From contig CAAGRV010000200.1 in the NCBI GenBank assembly GCA_900772745.1, forward strand, positions 1-42,170: 42,170 nt of DNA, written 5' to 3'. Positions within the stretch are counted from its first letter, which is position 1. The number at the start of each line of letters is the position of its first letter. The notes below the pieces were generated by a model. That model was not told where the DNA came from, did not search any database, and worked only from the letters and a program-made list of their open reading frames with translations. The translations under genes were made by a program, and so were the position numbers. Shown here one piece after another: positions 18,253 through 28,433 of this stretch. Source of the DNA: Clostridia bacterium. Its GTDB lineage: Bacteria; Bacillota; Clostridia; Christensenellales; UBA3700.

Positions 18253-21200
18253 CTATTTTACCAAAACGCATTTTTTGCCCACCAAAGCCCTTATTTGGTT
18301 GAGCAAATTTTCTCTGAGTGACACCTTGTAGTCCGCCATAACAAGCTGATTCTCGAATTGAATGACCACTTCCGTTTTGCCCGGCGACATTTCGAGAATG
18401 TTGTTGAGCTCGTTGAATTGTTGGTTGTTGGCAATCTTGACATACAACTTTTCTTTTGGAGCGTCGTCTTCTTGAACTTCTTCCACCACTTCGGCTACTT
18501 TTTCCACTTCGCCGTCTTTGCTCCAAAAACTTATATCGTTGACGCTTATGCCCACTTTGTCGTTGTTTTCGATGATTTTGCCCTTGATTTTGACAATGGT
18601 ATCATCTACTAGCATATCCTTGAATTTCTCGGTAACTGCTGGGAAAAATACTATTTCGATAGAGCCGTACAAGTCTTCTAGCACCGCACTTGCCATAAGC
18701 TTTGCACTCTTGGTAACTTTTTTCTTGATACCGCTCATCATACCGCCAAGCACAACAGTTTTGTCGACGTATTCTTTGAGAAGTTCATCTCGCTCGGACA
18801 CTCCTTGCTCTTCATCACCGCTCTCTTCTTCGGCTGGTTGGAGCAAATCTGCAATCATAGACAAGTTGAAGTCAAACTTCTTGAAACTCTCTTTGTATTC
18901 TTCGAGCGGGTGACCTGTCATATAAATGTTGAGCACTTCTTTCTCAAATATATACTTTTGCATCTTGTTGAATTCGGCTATTGGCTTGACCACATTGTCG
19001 ATTTCTGCCGACTCGTCACCGAACAACATTCCGAAAGTGAGCTGACCGCTTGCTTGACTCTTTTTCAAGAAGTTGGCAATATTGATCATTTCTTCAAAGT
19101 TCGCCATCAGCGTTGCACGGTTGATTCCAAAACAATCAAAAGCTCCCGCCTTGATGAGCGCCTCGAAAATTCTCTTGTTGATAGTGCCCGCTGGCAAACG
19201 ATACAACATATCTCCGATAGACTTGTATTCGCCGTTTTCTTGACGCTCTTTGACCAACAATTCCATTGCATTTGCGCCCACGCCCTTTATACCATTGAGT
19301 CCAAAACGAATGCTGTTGTCTTTGGCACGGAAAATTGTGTCACTCTTGTTGATGTCAGGTGGCAAAACTTCCTTGCCCTTTTCTCTCAAAAACGTGAGAT
19401 ATTTGGCAATTTCGTCAGCCTTGGTGATACGGTCATTGATAACCGCCGCCACCAACTCTACGAGATAATATCTCTTCATATATGCCGTTTCGTATGCTAG
19501 CACTGCATAAGCGGCAGCGTGCGACTTGTTGAAAGCGTATTTTGCAAAGCTCTCCATATCGTCGAATATCTTGGACGCAACTTCTTCCGGAACGCCACGC
19601 TTGATAGCTCCATCAACGGCTTTTTCCGCCTTTTCGATGAGCACGCCTTGGTCATTGTAGACAGCGGCTTTTTCTGGGCAACCGTGGATAAAGATTGCCT
19701 TTTCTTTCTTCATTACGTCAATCTTCTTTTTACCCATCGCACGACGCAAAATGTCCGCTCTGCCCAACGTATATCCCGCCAAACTTTGCACGATTTGCAT
19801 AACTTGCTCTTGGTAAATCATAATGCCATAGCTCATCTTCAAGATAGGCTCGAGAAGTGGGTGGTCATAGGTGATTGACTCTGGGTGGTGCTTGTTCTGA
19901 ACGTATTGGGGAATGCTGTCGATAGGTCCTGGACGATATAGCGATATGCCCGCTATAATATCTTCCAAACTCTCTGGTTGCAAATCACGCATAAACTTCT
20001 TCATTCCACCGCCTTCAAGCTGGAATACCGCATCGGTTTCGCCCGTACCAATGAGCTTGTAAACTTCGGGATCTTCGTATCCTAATTCCGCAAAATCCAC
20101 CGTCACGCCATAGTTTTCAAATACATATTTCTTAGCTTTGGACAAGTCGGTAAGCGTGGTAAGTCCCAAAAAGTCCATTTTGAGCATACCCAACTCTTCG
20201 ACTTCTTCCTTTTGGAATTGGGTGGTAATGTCCTCGCCGTTTCGTTGGAGAGGCACAAAGTCTGAGATGACTTCACGACAAATAACTACGCCGGCAGCGT
20301 GCTTGGAGCAATTTCGAGGCATACCCTCGATTTTGAGCGCCATATCAATTACTCGACGCATTTCGTCGTCTTGTTCATAGATTTCTTTGACTTCTGGACA
20401 CAAGCCACCCTCTTTTCTGCCAAGTACCATATCTAGGGTAAGCCCCGGCGTGTTCGGGATAGCTTTGGTCGTCTTGTTTACCTTGTCGAGCGGAACGTCC
20501 ATAACACGGGCAACGTCCTTGATTGCGCCCTTGGCTTTCATCGTGCCAAGCGCAAGGATTTGGCAAACTTTTTCTCTGCCGTATTTGCGAGTTACATATT
20601 CGATAACCTCGCCACGTCTGTCCATACAAAAGTCAATATCAAAGTCAGGTGCGGACACACGCTCTGGATTGAGAAAACGCTCAAAAAGCAAGTTGTACCT
20701 GAGCGGGTCAACGTTGGTGATATGTATAGCATAAGCAATAATACTGCCTACACCACTGCCTCGACCTGCGCCCACTGGAATGCCTTGGGATAGTGCATAG
20801 TTGATGAAGTCCCACACAATGAGATAATATTCGGCAAAGCCCATACGAATGATAATGTCCAATTCGTACTCGGCTCTCTCTCTTATCTCAGGGGTGATTT
20901 CGCCATAACGCTTGACAAGTCCGTCGAACGCCAACTTGCGCAAATATTCGGCTGGGGTTGAGCCGTCGTCTGGGTGATATGGTGGGAAAAGTTCTTCTTT
21001 CTTGATGACAATATTGCACTTTTCCATAACTTCAATAGTGTTGGTCACTGCCTCTGGACACCAATCAAACAAGTCCATCATCTCATCATAATCTTTGAGA
21101 TAGAATTGGTCAGAATCGAATTTTAATCGGTTTTCATCTTCGAGTTTTTTGCCTGTTTGGATACAAAGCAAAGTATCGTGCATTTCTGCATCGCTACGGC

Positions 21201-21990
21201 TGATATAGTGTACGTCGTTGGTTGCCACAACCTTTGCGCCAATCTCTTTGGCAAGCTTGACCAACAGCGGATTGATTTTCTTTTCTTCTGGTATGCCGTG
21301 GTCTTGGATTTCGATATAAAAATCGCCTTCGTCGAACAAAGATTGGAGTTCTAGTGCATATTCTTTTGCGCCCTCATAGTCGCCCGCCACCAATCTAGAT
21401 GGAATAGTGCCCGCAAGACAAGCAGACAAACAAATCACACCTTTGGTGTGCTCTCGGAGCAACTTCATATCTATTCGAGGCTTGTAGTAAAATCCGTCTA
21501 CATACGCCAAACTGTCCATTTTGACAAGGTTGCGATAGCCCTCTGTGGTCTTGGCAATGAGTACCAAGTGATAACGCTTGCCCTCAGGCTTGTACATATC
21601 GTCGCATACGTAAAACTCACAACCTACGATAGGTCTTATGTTGCGTGCATTGGCAGCCTTGTAGAACGTGTATGCGCCGAACATATTGCCGTGGTCGGTG
21701 AGTGCACAACCTGGCATTCCCATTTCGACACAAGCGTCAAGTAGCGGTGACTTCTTGCCCTTGGTAATACGTGCTGCGCCGTCTAGCAAACTGTATTCGC
21801 TGTGCAAATGCAAGTGCACGAACGGCTTGTCATACTTTGGCTTGACTGCCTCGGCGGGTGCGTCCTCGAATGGCAATTCCATTGTGCCCACTGCTTTTTC
21901 TACATTTTGGACATCTGACTCTGTCGCATTGGCTTGCTTTTCGATTGTGCTATGGATTTCCAACTCTTTATTCTCTTCAACCTTGCTCAT
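18253..21990 (-). CDS. dnaE: DNA polymerase III alpha subunit
   Basis: 1245 aa. It has the PHP N-terminus FVHLHLHSEYSLLDGA and the GRGSGVGSIIAY and PDFDIDF palm motifs. It carries a ~55-aa N-terminal extension if ATG 21990 (RBS GGAGAAG) is used. That start overlaps the whiA 3' end by 14 nt. Confidence 0.93.
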   Translation of the reverse strand: MSKVEENKELEIHSTIEKQANATESDVQNVEKAVGTMELPFEDAPAEAVKPKYDKPFVHLHLHSEYSLLDGAARITKGKKSPLLDACVEMGMPGCALTDHGNMFGAYTFYKAANARNIRPIVGCEFYVCDDMYKPEGKRYHLVLIAKTTEGYRNLVKMDSLAYVDGFYYKPRIDMKLLREHTKGVICLSACLAGTIPSRLVAGDYEGAKEYALELQSLFDEGDFYIEIQDHGIPEEKKINPLLVKLAKEIGAKVVATNDVHYISRSDAEMHDTLLCIQTGKKLEDENRLKFDSDQFYLKDYDEMMDLFDWCPEAVTNTIEVMEKCNIVIKKEELFPPYHPDDGSTPAEYLRKLAFDGLVKRYGEITPEIRERAEYELDIIIRMGFAEYYLIVWDFINYALSQGIPVGAGRGSGVGSIIAYAIHITNVDPLRYNLLFERFLNPERVSAPDFDIDFCMDRRGEVIEYVTRKYGREKVCQILALGTMKAKGAIKDVARVMDVPLDKVNKTTKAIPNTPGLTLDMVLGRKEGGLCPEVKEIYEQDDEMRRVIDMALKIEGMPRNCSKHAAGVVICREVISDFVPLQRNGEDITTQFQKEEVEELGMLKMDFLGLTTLTDLSKAKKYVFENYGVTVDFAELGYEDPEVYKLIGTGETDAVFQLEGGGMKKFMRDLQPESLEDIIAGISLYRPGPIDSIPQYVQNKHHPESITYDHPLLEPILKMSYGIMIYQEQVMQIVQSLAGYTLGRADILRRAMGKKKIDVMKKEKAIFIHGCPEKAAVYNDQGVLIEKAEKAVDGAIKRGVPEEVASKIFDDMESFAKYAFNKSHAAAYAVLAYETAYMKRYYLVELVAAVINDRITKADEIAKYLTFLREKGKEVLPPDINKSDTIFRAKDNSIRFGLNGIKGVGANAMELLVKERQENGEYKSIGDMLYRLPAGTINKRIFEALIKAGAFDCFGINRATLMANFEEMINIANFLKKSQASGQLTFGMLFGDESAEIDNVVKPIAEFNKMQKYIFEKEVLNIYMTGHPLEEYKESFKKFDFNLSMIADLLQPAEEESGDEEQGVSERDELLKEYVDKTVVLGGMMSGIKKKVTKSAKLMASAVLEDLYGSIEIVFFPAVTEKFKDMLVDDTIVKIKGKIIENNDKVGISVNDISFWSKDGEVEKVAEVVEEVQEDDAPKEKLYVKIANNQQFNELNNILEMSPGKTEVVIQFENQLVMADYKVSLRENLLNQIRALVGKKCVLVK

Positions 21991-22918
21991 ACTTCTTCTC
22001 CATTTCTTCTATCTTTTTGAGTGCTCTTGCGACACTTGATTTGCTCATTCTTATACGCTCTGCCATATCGCCCATACTCTCGGTAAAGTCTTCAAGCCTT
22101 GCCGTGGCTACCTTGTATAGTTTTTCGTCCACCTTTTGCAGGTCGACCCTTTGCATCAAACTTTGTATTGCGTCTATGTATCGAGAATTGGATTTGAGTA
22201 CCTTGTCCGCATTGGATACATAAACGTTGGTTTGGCGATTGATATTGTTGTTGACTTCTCGCTTGACAATGATATCATTGAGCTCTATGGCACAATCCAC
22301 CGCCTTGATAAATGCGAAAAAGTCGCTTATAGTTTGGCTGTTCTTGGTGTAAACGCTCATACTGTTGTTGCGTTCGGTAAGACTGAACACTAGGTCACAT
22401 TCTTTGAGCACGCTCACAATTTGCTCGGCAAAATCTTCTTGCAATATATTGAATTCGAGATGATAACCGCCCCTGCCTTCTATGTCGCTAGGGATATAAA
22501 CACTGCCTGCGCACAAGAACAATCCTTGCATAAAACTCGATACGTATTCCCTATTTGTCAAAAAAGCCATTGTTTGGGAGCTGTCTTTCATCACCAGTTG
22601 ATCGCCCTTGTAGTGCGTCATATTCATTTGTTGGAGCATATCGTTGGAATGACCGCTGTCAACTCGGAGCAAAAAGCTTTCGTTGGTCGCCGTGTTGAAC
22701 ACCAATTCTATCTCACAACCGAACAACTCTCTCAACACTTCCATAACTTTCAATGCCACGTCATAGCTGTGGAATTCGTATTCGAGTGCTATGGCATTCT
22801 TGTAGACGGCAACGCTCGACGAACACTTGGTAACTGCCGTAGCAAAAGCAAGTCCCATTTTTCCTTGGGACTTTACGCTTTCTAGATATTCTTGTCGTAC
22901 CTTTTCTGTATAATTCAT
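21977..22918 (-). CDS. whiA: Sporulation/cell-division regulator WhiA
   Basis: It has a degenerate LAGLIDADG-type domain (FMQGLFLCAGSVYIP) and a C-terminal HTH (MSKSSVARALKKI). The start is set at ATG 22918 (MNYTEKV), overlapping the upstream stop (TAATG). The ORF track extends to 23017. Confidence 0.85.
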   Translation of the reverse strand: MNYTEKVRQEYLESVKSQGKMGLAFATAVTKCSSSVAVYKNAIALEYEFHSYDVALKVMEVLRELFGCEIELVFNTATNESFLLRVDSGHSNDMLQQMNMTHYKGDQLVMKDSSQTMAFLTNREYVSSFMQGLFLCAGSVYIPSDIEGRGGYHLEFNILQEDFAEQIVSVLKECDLVFSLTERNNSMSVYTKNSQTISDFFAFIKAVDCAIELNDIIVKREVNNNINRQTNVYVSNADKVLKSNSRYIDAIQSLMQRVDLQKVDEKLYKVATARLEDFTESMGDMAERIRMSKSSVARALKKIEEMEKKYEQG

Positions 22919-23682
22919 TATCTTTTCGAACGGAAAGTAGGCAACTTGTGATTGCAGTTGGCTATTCTTTCGGGTGGAATATTGTATTTTTCGATGAGTT
23001 GCATTGCAAAGTCCCACTTGCCAACGTTCTGTGGTCTGTGAGCGTCAGAGTCGACTACGAACATAACGTCCGTCGAGAGCAAATCTTCTATCACGTCCTC
23101 ACCTGGAGTAGCGTGTCTTGATGATAGCTCCATAAGTGTACCATAATCGGCACATGCCTTGGCAACTTCTTTGACGTCTATGTCCAATCTAAAACCTGGG
23201 TGTGTGAGTATGTCGATTGGGTTGTGCTTGATTGCGTTGAGATATGCACGAGTGTTTCGCTCTATTTGGCTCTTGGTCGAAACGCCCAATGCGTGCGAAA
23301 CGCCATTCCAACTCAATTTGAAATAATTGGAAAATTTGCTTGGGAAAGACGTGAGATGAAACCCTGCAAGCACAATATCCAACTGGGAAATGTCGGCTGG
23401 TTTTAGGTCAATCTCGCCGTCCAATCCAATGATATTGGACTCTATTCCAAACAAAATTTGGGTATGCTCGATTTGTTTTTGAACATTCTCTATATCTTGG
23501 CGAATTTTTGGAAATTTTTTTCTTGGCACTCCCACGAATGGATGATTGATACCGTGGTCGGTGATTGCCATATAATCTAGTCCTTTTTCTTGGGCAACGA
23601 GTGCATTGTCAAGAACACTGCCCGTTCCGTGAGAATAGGTGGTGTGTGTATGAAAATCACTGGTGATTGTTATCTTTTGCAT
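22918..23682 (-). CDS. PHP-domain metallo-phosphoesterase (histidinol-phosphatase-like)
   Basis: 254 aa. The motifs DFHTHTTYSHG, ITDHG and DSDAH are typical PHP metal ligands. Confidence 0.8.
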   Translation of the reverse strand: MQKITITSDFHTHTTYSHGTGSVLDNALVAQEKGLDYMAITDHGINHPFVGVPRKKFPKIRQDIENVQKQIEHTQILFGIESNIIGLDGEIDLKPADISQLDIVLAGFHLTSFPSKFSNYFKLSWNGVSHALGVSTKSQIERNTRAYLNAIKHNPIDILTHPGFRLDIDVKEVAKACADYGTLMELSSRHATPGEDVIEDLLSTDVMFVVDSDAHRPQNVGKWDFAMQLIEKYNIPPERIANCNHKLPTFRSKR

Positions 23683-23731
23683 GCACCCTCATCAATTAGA
23701 TACAAAAAAACTTGTTTGTACCAATTTATAA

Positions 23732-24604
23732 TTATAATATATGTACTTCATATTCTAATTCAATTCCATACAATTTGTCAACCCTATCTTTGATTATCTG
23801 TGATAGTTTTACAAAGTCTTTAGATTTTGCTCCGCCTGTATTCATGACGAAACCTGCGTGTTTTTCGGACACAACAGCTCCCCCAACCCGATAACCTTTG
23901 AGCCCCGCCCGCTCGATATAATAGCCAGCAGACACACCGCCTACCCGCTTGAAAACACTGCCCAAAGATATGCCTGTCGGCTGAGATTTTTGGCGTTTGT
24001 TCTCGAAGTATTTTTGCTTGGCTGCCACGTCCAACATAGTCGACTTGTCCAGCAAAAGCCTTGCGCCCAGCACTATACAATCGCCCATTCCCCAATCACG
24101 GTAGCGCCAAGGTATGTCACAGCTTTCTACACAACTCACTCTGCCATTTTGCCATACGTCCACGCTCTCTACTAGGTCTTTGATTTCTTTGCCATACGCC
24201 CCCGCATTCATCACAACCGCTCCGCCAAGGCTGGCAGGAATACCTACAAGCTCTTCCATTCCGCCAAGTCCATTTTCTCGACACTCCCATTGAATGCTGG
24301 GCAACATTGTACCACAGCTGGCATAAATGCTTGCGCCGTCGACTGACAAGCTCACTATCTTTTTGGTACATACGACCACTTTGTCATACTTTTCGTCGGG
24401 AAAGAGTACATTAGTAGCATTGCCTATCAGCACCCATTCTATCCGCTCGGCTTGCAAAAAGTTCAAAACTTCCACCATACTTTTGACACAATGCGGATAG
24501 ATTACTACCCCTATCCTACCGCCCGTCTTGAATGCAGACATTGGGCGATGATTTTCCACGATGGAGCAATCTAGTCTTTTTAGTTTGTTCAAGTTGATAT
24601 CCAT
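23732..24604 (-). CDS. murB: UDP-N-acetylenolpyruvoylglucosamine reductase
   Basis: It has an FAD-binding N-terminus (FKTGGRIGV, IGNATNVL) and a C-terminal SLGSVFKR...AGYYIERAGLKGYRVGGAVVSEKHAGFVMN. I prefer the start at ATG 24604 (MDINLNK). Confidence 0.9.
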   Translation of the reverse strand: MDINLNKLKRLDCSIVENHRPMSAFKTGGRIGVVIYPHCVKSMVEVLNFLQAERIEWVLIGNATNVLFPDEKYDKVVVCTKKIVSLSVDGASIYASCGTMLPSIQWECRENGLGGMEELVGIPASLGGAVVMNAGAYGKEIKDLVESVDVWQNGRVSCVESCDIPWRYRDWGMGDCIVLGARLLLDKSTMLDVAAKQKYFENKRQKSQPTGISLGSVFKRVGGVSAGYYIERAGLKGYRVGGAVVSEKHAGFVMNTGGAKSKDFVKLSQIIKDRVDKLYGIELEYEVHIL

Positions 24605-24774
24605 AAGATAGCATATTCGTCCTGTCCACAAAAATGCACAACTGCCCAACATTGCCCAAACATTTTCCCTTTTTCGATAAATGCGCTATCCTCTATCTCA
24701 ATGTTTCTCTTGCTCCCACAAAAACTTTTATACAAAACTTGCAAAAAGATTGCCACTATGTTGTTTTCCGCACA

Positions 24775-24800
24775 ACAAAAAATGCACCCGATTGGGTGCA
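24775..24800 (-). terminator. Rho-independent terminator downstream of aspartate kinase
   Basis: The stem TGCACCC / GGGTGCA (24783-24789 / 24794-24800) is followed on the minus strand by TTTTTTGTTG. Confidence 0.75.
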
Positions 24801-24824
24801 TTTTGTTGACACGTATTGAGTTTT

Positions 24825-26144
24825 TTACTTTTTGAACTCGTTGTAGATTGCGTTGATAGCATTCTCATAGTCGTTGGTTGCAACTGCTACGATGATATTG
24901 AGCTCGCTACTTCCTTGGTCAATCATACGAATGTTGATGTTGGCTTTGGCAAGTGCTGTACAAAGTTTTGCTGCCGTGCCTGGATTGTATGACATACCGT
25001 GACCTACGGTTGCTACAAGTGAAATGCCTTGTTTGATTTCGATATGGTCAGGGTTGACAGTCTTCTTGATACGGTCGATGATGACGTCTTCCTTGCCTGC
25101 TAGCTCGTTGTCTGCCACTACGATTGAGAGTGTGTCGATACCACTTGGCATATGCTCGAACGATATGTTGTAATACTCGAATACTGAAAGCACACGTCTA
25201 GCAAAACCTAGTTCTGCATTCATCATAGACTTCTCGATGAACACAATACTATATCCTTTCTTGCCCGCAATACCTGTGATGATAGACTTGCTTGCACTCT
25301 CCTTTGGCACTTCGGATACAATCAATGTGCCCTTGTCGTTTGGTGCAAAAGTGTTGCGGATATTGATAGGAATATTGCTGATTCTTACTGGGAAAATTGA
25401 CTCTGGGTGAAGTACGTTTGCGCCCATATAAGACAACTCTCTTAGCTCTCTGTAAGACAAAACTTCGATTGGGTCAGGGTTCTTTACGATACGTGGGTCA
25501 GAGGTCAAGAAACCGCTTACGTCTGTCCAGTTCTCATAAATTGTTGCGCCAACTGCTCTTGCAACTACCGCACCGCTTACGTCCGATCCGCCACGGCTAA
25601 ATGTGTGAACGTTGCCGTGTTCGTCAGCTCCGAAAAATCCAGGAATAACTGCATATTCGATATTTTGAAGTGCACTAGCAACTTTTTCGTTGGTCTTTTC
25701 GGACTCGAATTCTCCATTTTCGCTGAATACGAAAACATCCTTTGCGTCAACGAATGTAAATCCAAGTTTTTTTGCAAATACCACGGCGCTGAGATATTCT
25801 CCACGTGAAGCACAAAATTCTGCACTGCGATATTTGTTCATTTCTTCTTCGGCCTTGTCAAGGTATGGCTCGATATCAAAGTCAAGTCCAAGATCCTCTA
25901 CAATCTCTCTAAAACGAACACGAATTTTGTCAAAAGTGGCTTTGCATTCGCCATTGATTTCGATATCGTGATAGCACGCATAAAGCAAATCGGTTACTTT
26001 GTGGTCTTGAGAATTTCTCTTACCTGGTGCAGATACAACTACGTATCTGCGTTCTTTGTCGGACAAAACAATACTTGCTGATTGAGATATTGCTCTGGCA
26101 TCGGCCATTGATGTTCCGCCGAATTTTACAACTTTAAGTCCCAT
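24825..26144 (-). CDS. ask: Aspartate kinase
   Basis: 439 aa. It has the N-terminus VVKFGGTSMAD, an amino-acid kinase fold and C-terminal ACT-like repeats. Confidence 0.9.
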   Translation of the reverse strand: MGLKVVKFGGTSMADARAISQSASIVLSDKERRYVVVSAPGKRNSQDHKVTDLLYACYHDIEINGECKATFDKIRVRFREIVEDLGLDFDIEPYLDKAEEEMNKYRSAEFCASRGEYLSAVVFAKKLGFTFVDAKDVFVFSENGEFESEKTNEKVASALQNIEYAVIPGFFGADEHGNVHTFSRGGSDVSGAVVARAVGATIYENWTDVSGFLTSDPRIVKNPDPIEVLSYRELRELSYMGANVLHPESIFPVRISNIPINIRNTFAPNDKGTLIVSEVPKESASKSIITGIAGKKGYSIVFIEKSMMNAELGFARRVLSVFEYYNISFEHMPSGIDTLSIVVADNELAGKEDVIIDRIKKTVNPDHIEIKQGISLVATVGHGMSYNPGTAAKLCTALAKANINIRMIDQGSSELNIIVAVATNDYENAINAIYNEFKK

Positions 26145-26316
26145 ATTAACTCCTAATTATACTATTGTACTAGACAATTTTTTGCTTTTAATACTATCCT
26201 ATTGTATATTATGCATTTACTTTTTGGCAAGCAAATTAAAACACATTATAATTATTATCCAAAATTGTTGTCCGATTTGCTTGTTTTTGTGCAATTTTGT
26301 TTGCAAATAATTGCTT

Positions 26317-26348
26317 AACAAAAAAGACTGGCTCATATCACCAGTCTT
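26317..26348 (-). terminator. Rho-independent terminator downstream of the DUF1015 gene
   Basis: The stem AAGACTGG / CCAGTCTT (26324-26331 / 26341-26348) is followed on the minus strand by TTTTTTG. Confidence 0.75.
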
Positions 26349-26367
26349 GTTTTTGTTTGTTCCTTCT

Positions 26368-27591
26368 TTATTTGATTTTCTTTGATTCCATATAATAGCG
26401 TTTATCTTCGGCATGTCCCATCGAGAAGGACTTGCGAGGCAAAACGCCCCTACGTGTAACGTATCCGAACAAGCTGTCTTTGGATATGGTTGGCATAAAG
26501 AGTGCTATTGCGTGGTTTTGCTCTGCCACACTCAAAGTGTATTCGTCGCCGTGGATATAATCTATGCTCACGTTGGCGTGAGTTTTGATATAATCATCTA
26601 TTGCGTTCTGTATGTCGGCAATAGCGTCGCTAGGTGAAGTGCTGATATTGAGTACATATTCTTTGCCCTCATATACCATTTTGGTTTGGTCACTGCCTTG
26701 CACAACGCTTTGGAGATAGTCTATCATATCCTTGCCCCCGCCGAACAACACTCTGTGGATAGGTTGGAATTCTAGCGCGCTATCTTGGAGCGAAACAAGC
26801 TCGCATAGCGCATATCTTGCAGGGTGATTTTGTCTTTCTTCTTGTCTCAAAGTTTGTTTGATATTTCTCCAACATTCTTTGGCTGTTGCAAGCGAGTGAT
26901 TGCCGTCGCCTACCACGAACAAAAGTTCTCTGTCGCTTTGGTATTTGTCCATCAAAACTTGCTTGTCGAGTAGCGACATAATCTCAGCTAGCACGCTTTC
27001 GCTGTCTGGCACTTTGTAGCCCGTCAGCTTTCCGCCTTTCATATTCAAGTCAAAGTCGTATAGCTTTGGCATTTGGTCACGCTGGCTGTATAGCTTGCCC
27101 AAAATATACTTGTCCCTATCGTCCATAAGGAGCATAATGTGCGGGATTTCGATACTTGCGTTTTGTCTTACTGCAATACGAGCAGGAAGTCTTTCTACCA
27201 CGGTTTTTTCGGTCGCTTTGATACGAGCGTTGTTGCTTGGAGTATAGTCATAATCTTCGAGGTCAACGCTGAGCATAAGTCCTATGCGGTGCTTGCCGTC
27301 GGACTGAACTCTGTCCACCAAAACAAATCCCTCTATCTCTTCAAACACGCCTTGGGATAGGTACTCTTCCATAGTTTTGTTGATGATGGCTGTTCGTTGC
27401 GCTTTGTTGGCGTCTTCGAGGTATGCCTCTGGGAAAACCATTCTAAGACAGCTCTTGCTGTCGCCTACAAGCTTGTCTAGCTCTTGCCAATATTCTCTTT
27501 GAGAAGTAAATTGGTCACATGCAACGACTGCCCACTTGGACAAGTCTATATCTTTGTTTGGCAACAATATTTTTGGTATTTTGATTGTCAT
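26368..27591 (-). CDS. DUF1015-family protein
   Basis: 407 aa. The overall layout and the VGDGNHSLATAKE segment (the ADGHHR-like position) match what I remember of DUF1015. The start ATG overlaps the cdaA stop (ATGA at 27588-27591). Confidence 0.6.
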   Translation of the reverse strand: MTIKIPKILLPNKDIDLSKWAVVACDQFTSQREYWQELDKLVGDSKSCLRMVFPEAYLEDANKAQRTAIINKTMEEYLSQGVFEEIEGFVLVDRVQSDGKHRIGLMLSVDLEDYDYTPSNNARIKATEKTVVERLPARIAVRQNASIEIPHIMLLMDDRDKYILGKLYSQRDQMPKLYDFDLNMKGGKLTGYKVPDSESVLAEIMSLLDKQVLMDKYQSDRELLFVVGDGNHSLATAKECWRNIKQTLRQEERQNHPARYALCELVSLQDSALEFQPIHRVLFGGGKDMIDYLQSVVQGSDQTKMVYEGKEYVLNISTSPSDAIADIQNAIDDYIKTHANVSIDYIHGDEYTLSVAEQNHAIALFMPTISKDSLFGYVTRRGVLPRKSFSMGHAEDKRYYMESKKIK

Positions 27592-28418
27592 AAAAACTTT
27601 CTCTCTCTTTTCTTTTCTCTTAGTGGTTGGGATGCAATTCCGTATGCAACTTTGATTTCTTCGAGCAATCTCTCTGGGGTCATATAACGTTTCATCTTGC
27701 CACCTTCAACGGTGCTGATAATACCTGTTTCTTCGCTGACTACGATGGAGAATACGTCGGTTTCTTCTGTTACGCCGATAGCCGCTCTGTGTCTTGTGCC
27801 AAGCTCTTTGGCAATGTCAACTTCTTGCGACAGTGGCAAAAAGCAAGCCGCTGACAAAATCTTGTCGCCTTTGATGATGACTGCGCCGTCGTGGAGTGGA
27901 CCTTTGGTGCTGAATATACTTTCGAGTAGTCCTGCCGAAACGTCAGCGCCCAAAGTCGTGCCCGTGTCCAACAAGTGCGCCGGAACGGTAGATTTGGCAA
28001 TGATGATGAGTGCGCCGATGTCATTCTTTGCCATATTTTGGCAAGCCTTAACAATCTCGCTGGCAGACTGCGTCAAGGACTCTTCTGTCATATCAAAGTC
28101 GTCTTTTGAGCCCATAAATCCCTTGGATATTTTGTTGGCAAGCACCTTGAAATCTGATTGGTAAACCACAACGAAAATCACAATGAGCGCAATCGTCCAA
28201 TAGTCAAGTATGCACATTGTGAGATACAAAAAGCCGTTGCCTACCAAAGAATTGGCAATGCTTACTCCTACATAAACAAGCATGTGCATTGCCCACAAAA
28301 TGGCAAGCCTTATGCTGTTGCGTTTGTAGAAAAAGATCATCAAACATATTGATACAACCAAAAATACCGCTATATCAATGAGTGACCACCAATTAAAATT
28401 CTTTACAAATTCTAACAT
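27588..28418 (-). CDS. cdaA: Diadenylate cyclase CdaA (c-di-AMP synthase)
   Basis: 276 aa with three N-terminal TM helices. The DAC domain has DGAVIIKGDKILSAACFLPLS and GTRHRAAIG. Confidence 0.92.
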   Translation of the reverse strand: MLEFVKNFNWWSLIDIAVFLVVSICLMIFFYKRNSIRLAILWAMHMLVYVGVSIANSLVGNGFLYLTMCILDYWTIALIVIFVVVYQSDFKVLANKISKGFMGSKDDFDMTEESLTQSASEIVKACQNMAKNDIGALIIIAKSTVPAHLLDTGTTLGADVSAGLLESIFSTKGPLHDGAVIIKGDKILSAACFLPLSQEVDIAKELGTRHRAAIGVTEETDVFSIVVSEETGIISTVEGGKMKRYMTPERLLEEIKVAYGIASQPLREKKRERKFL

Positions 28419-28433
28419 ATTCTACTCCTTCCA

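Noticed and set aside
26145-26367. Possible lysine riboswitch or T-box leader upstream of aspartate kinase
   Set aside because: The 220-nt region is very AT-rich. It has no conserved L-box features or T-box specifier/antiterminator features that I can see. The only strong structure is the terminator of the upstream DUF1015 gene.
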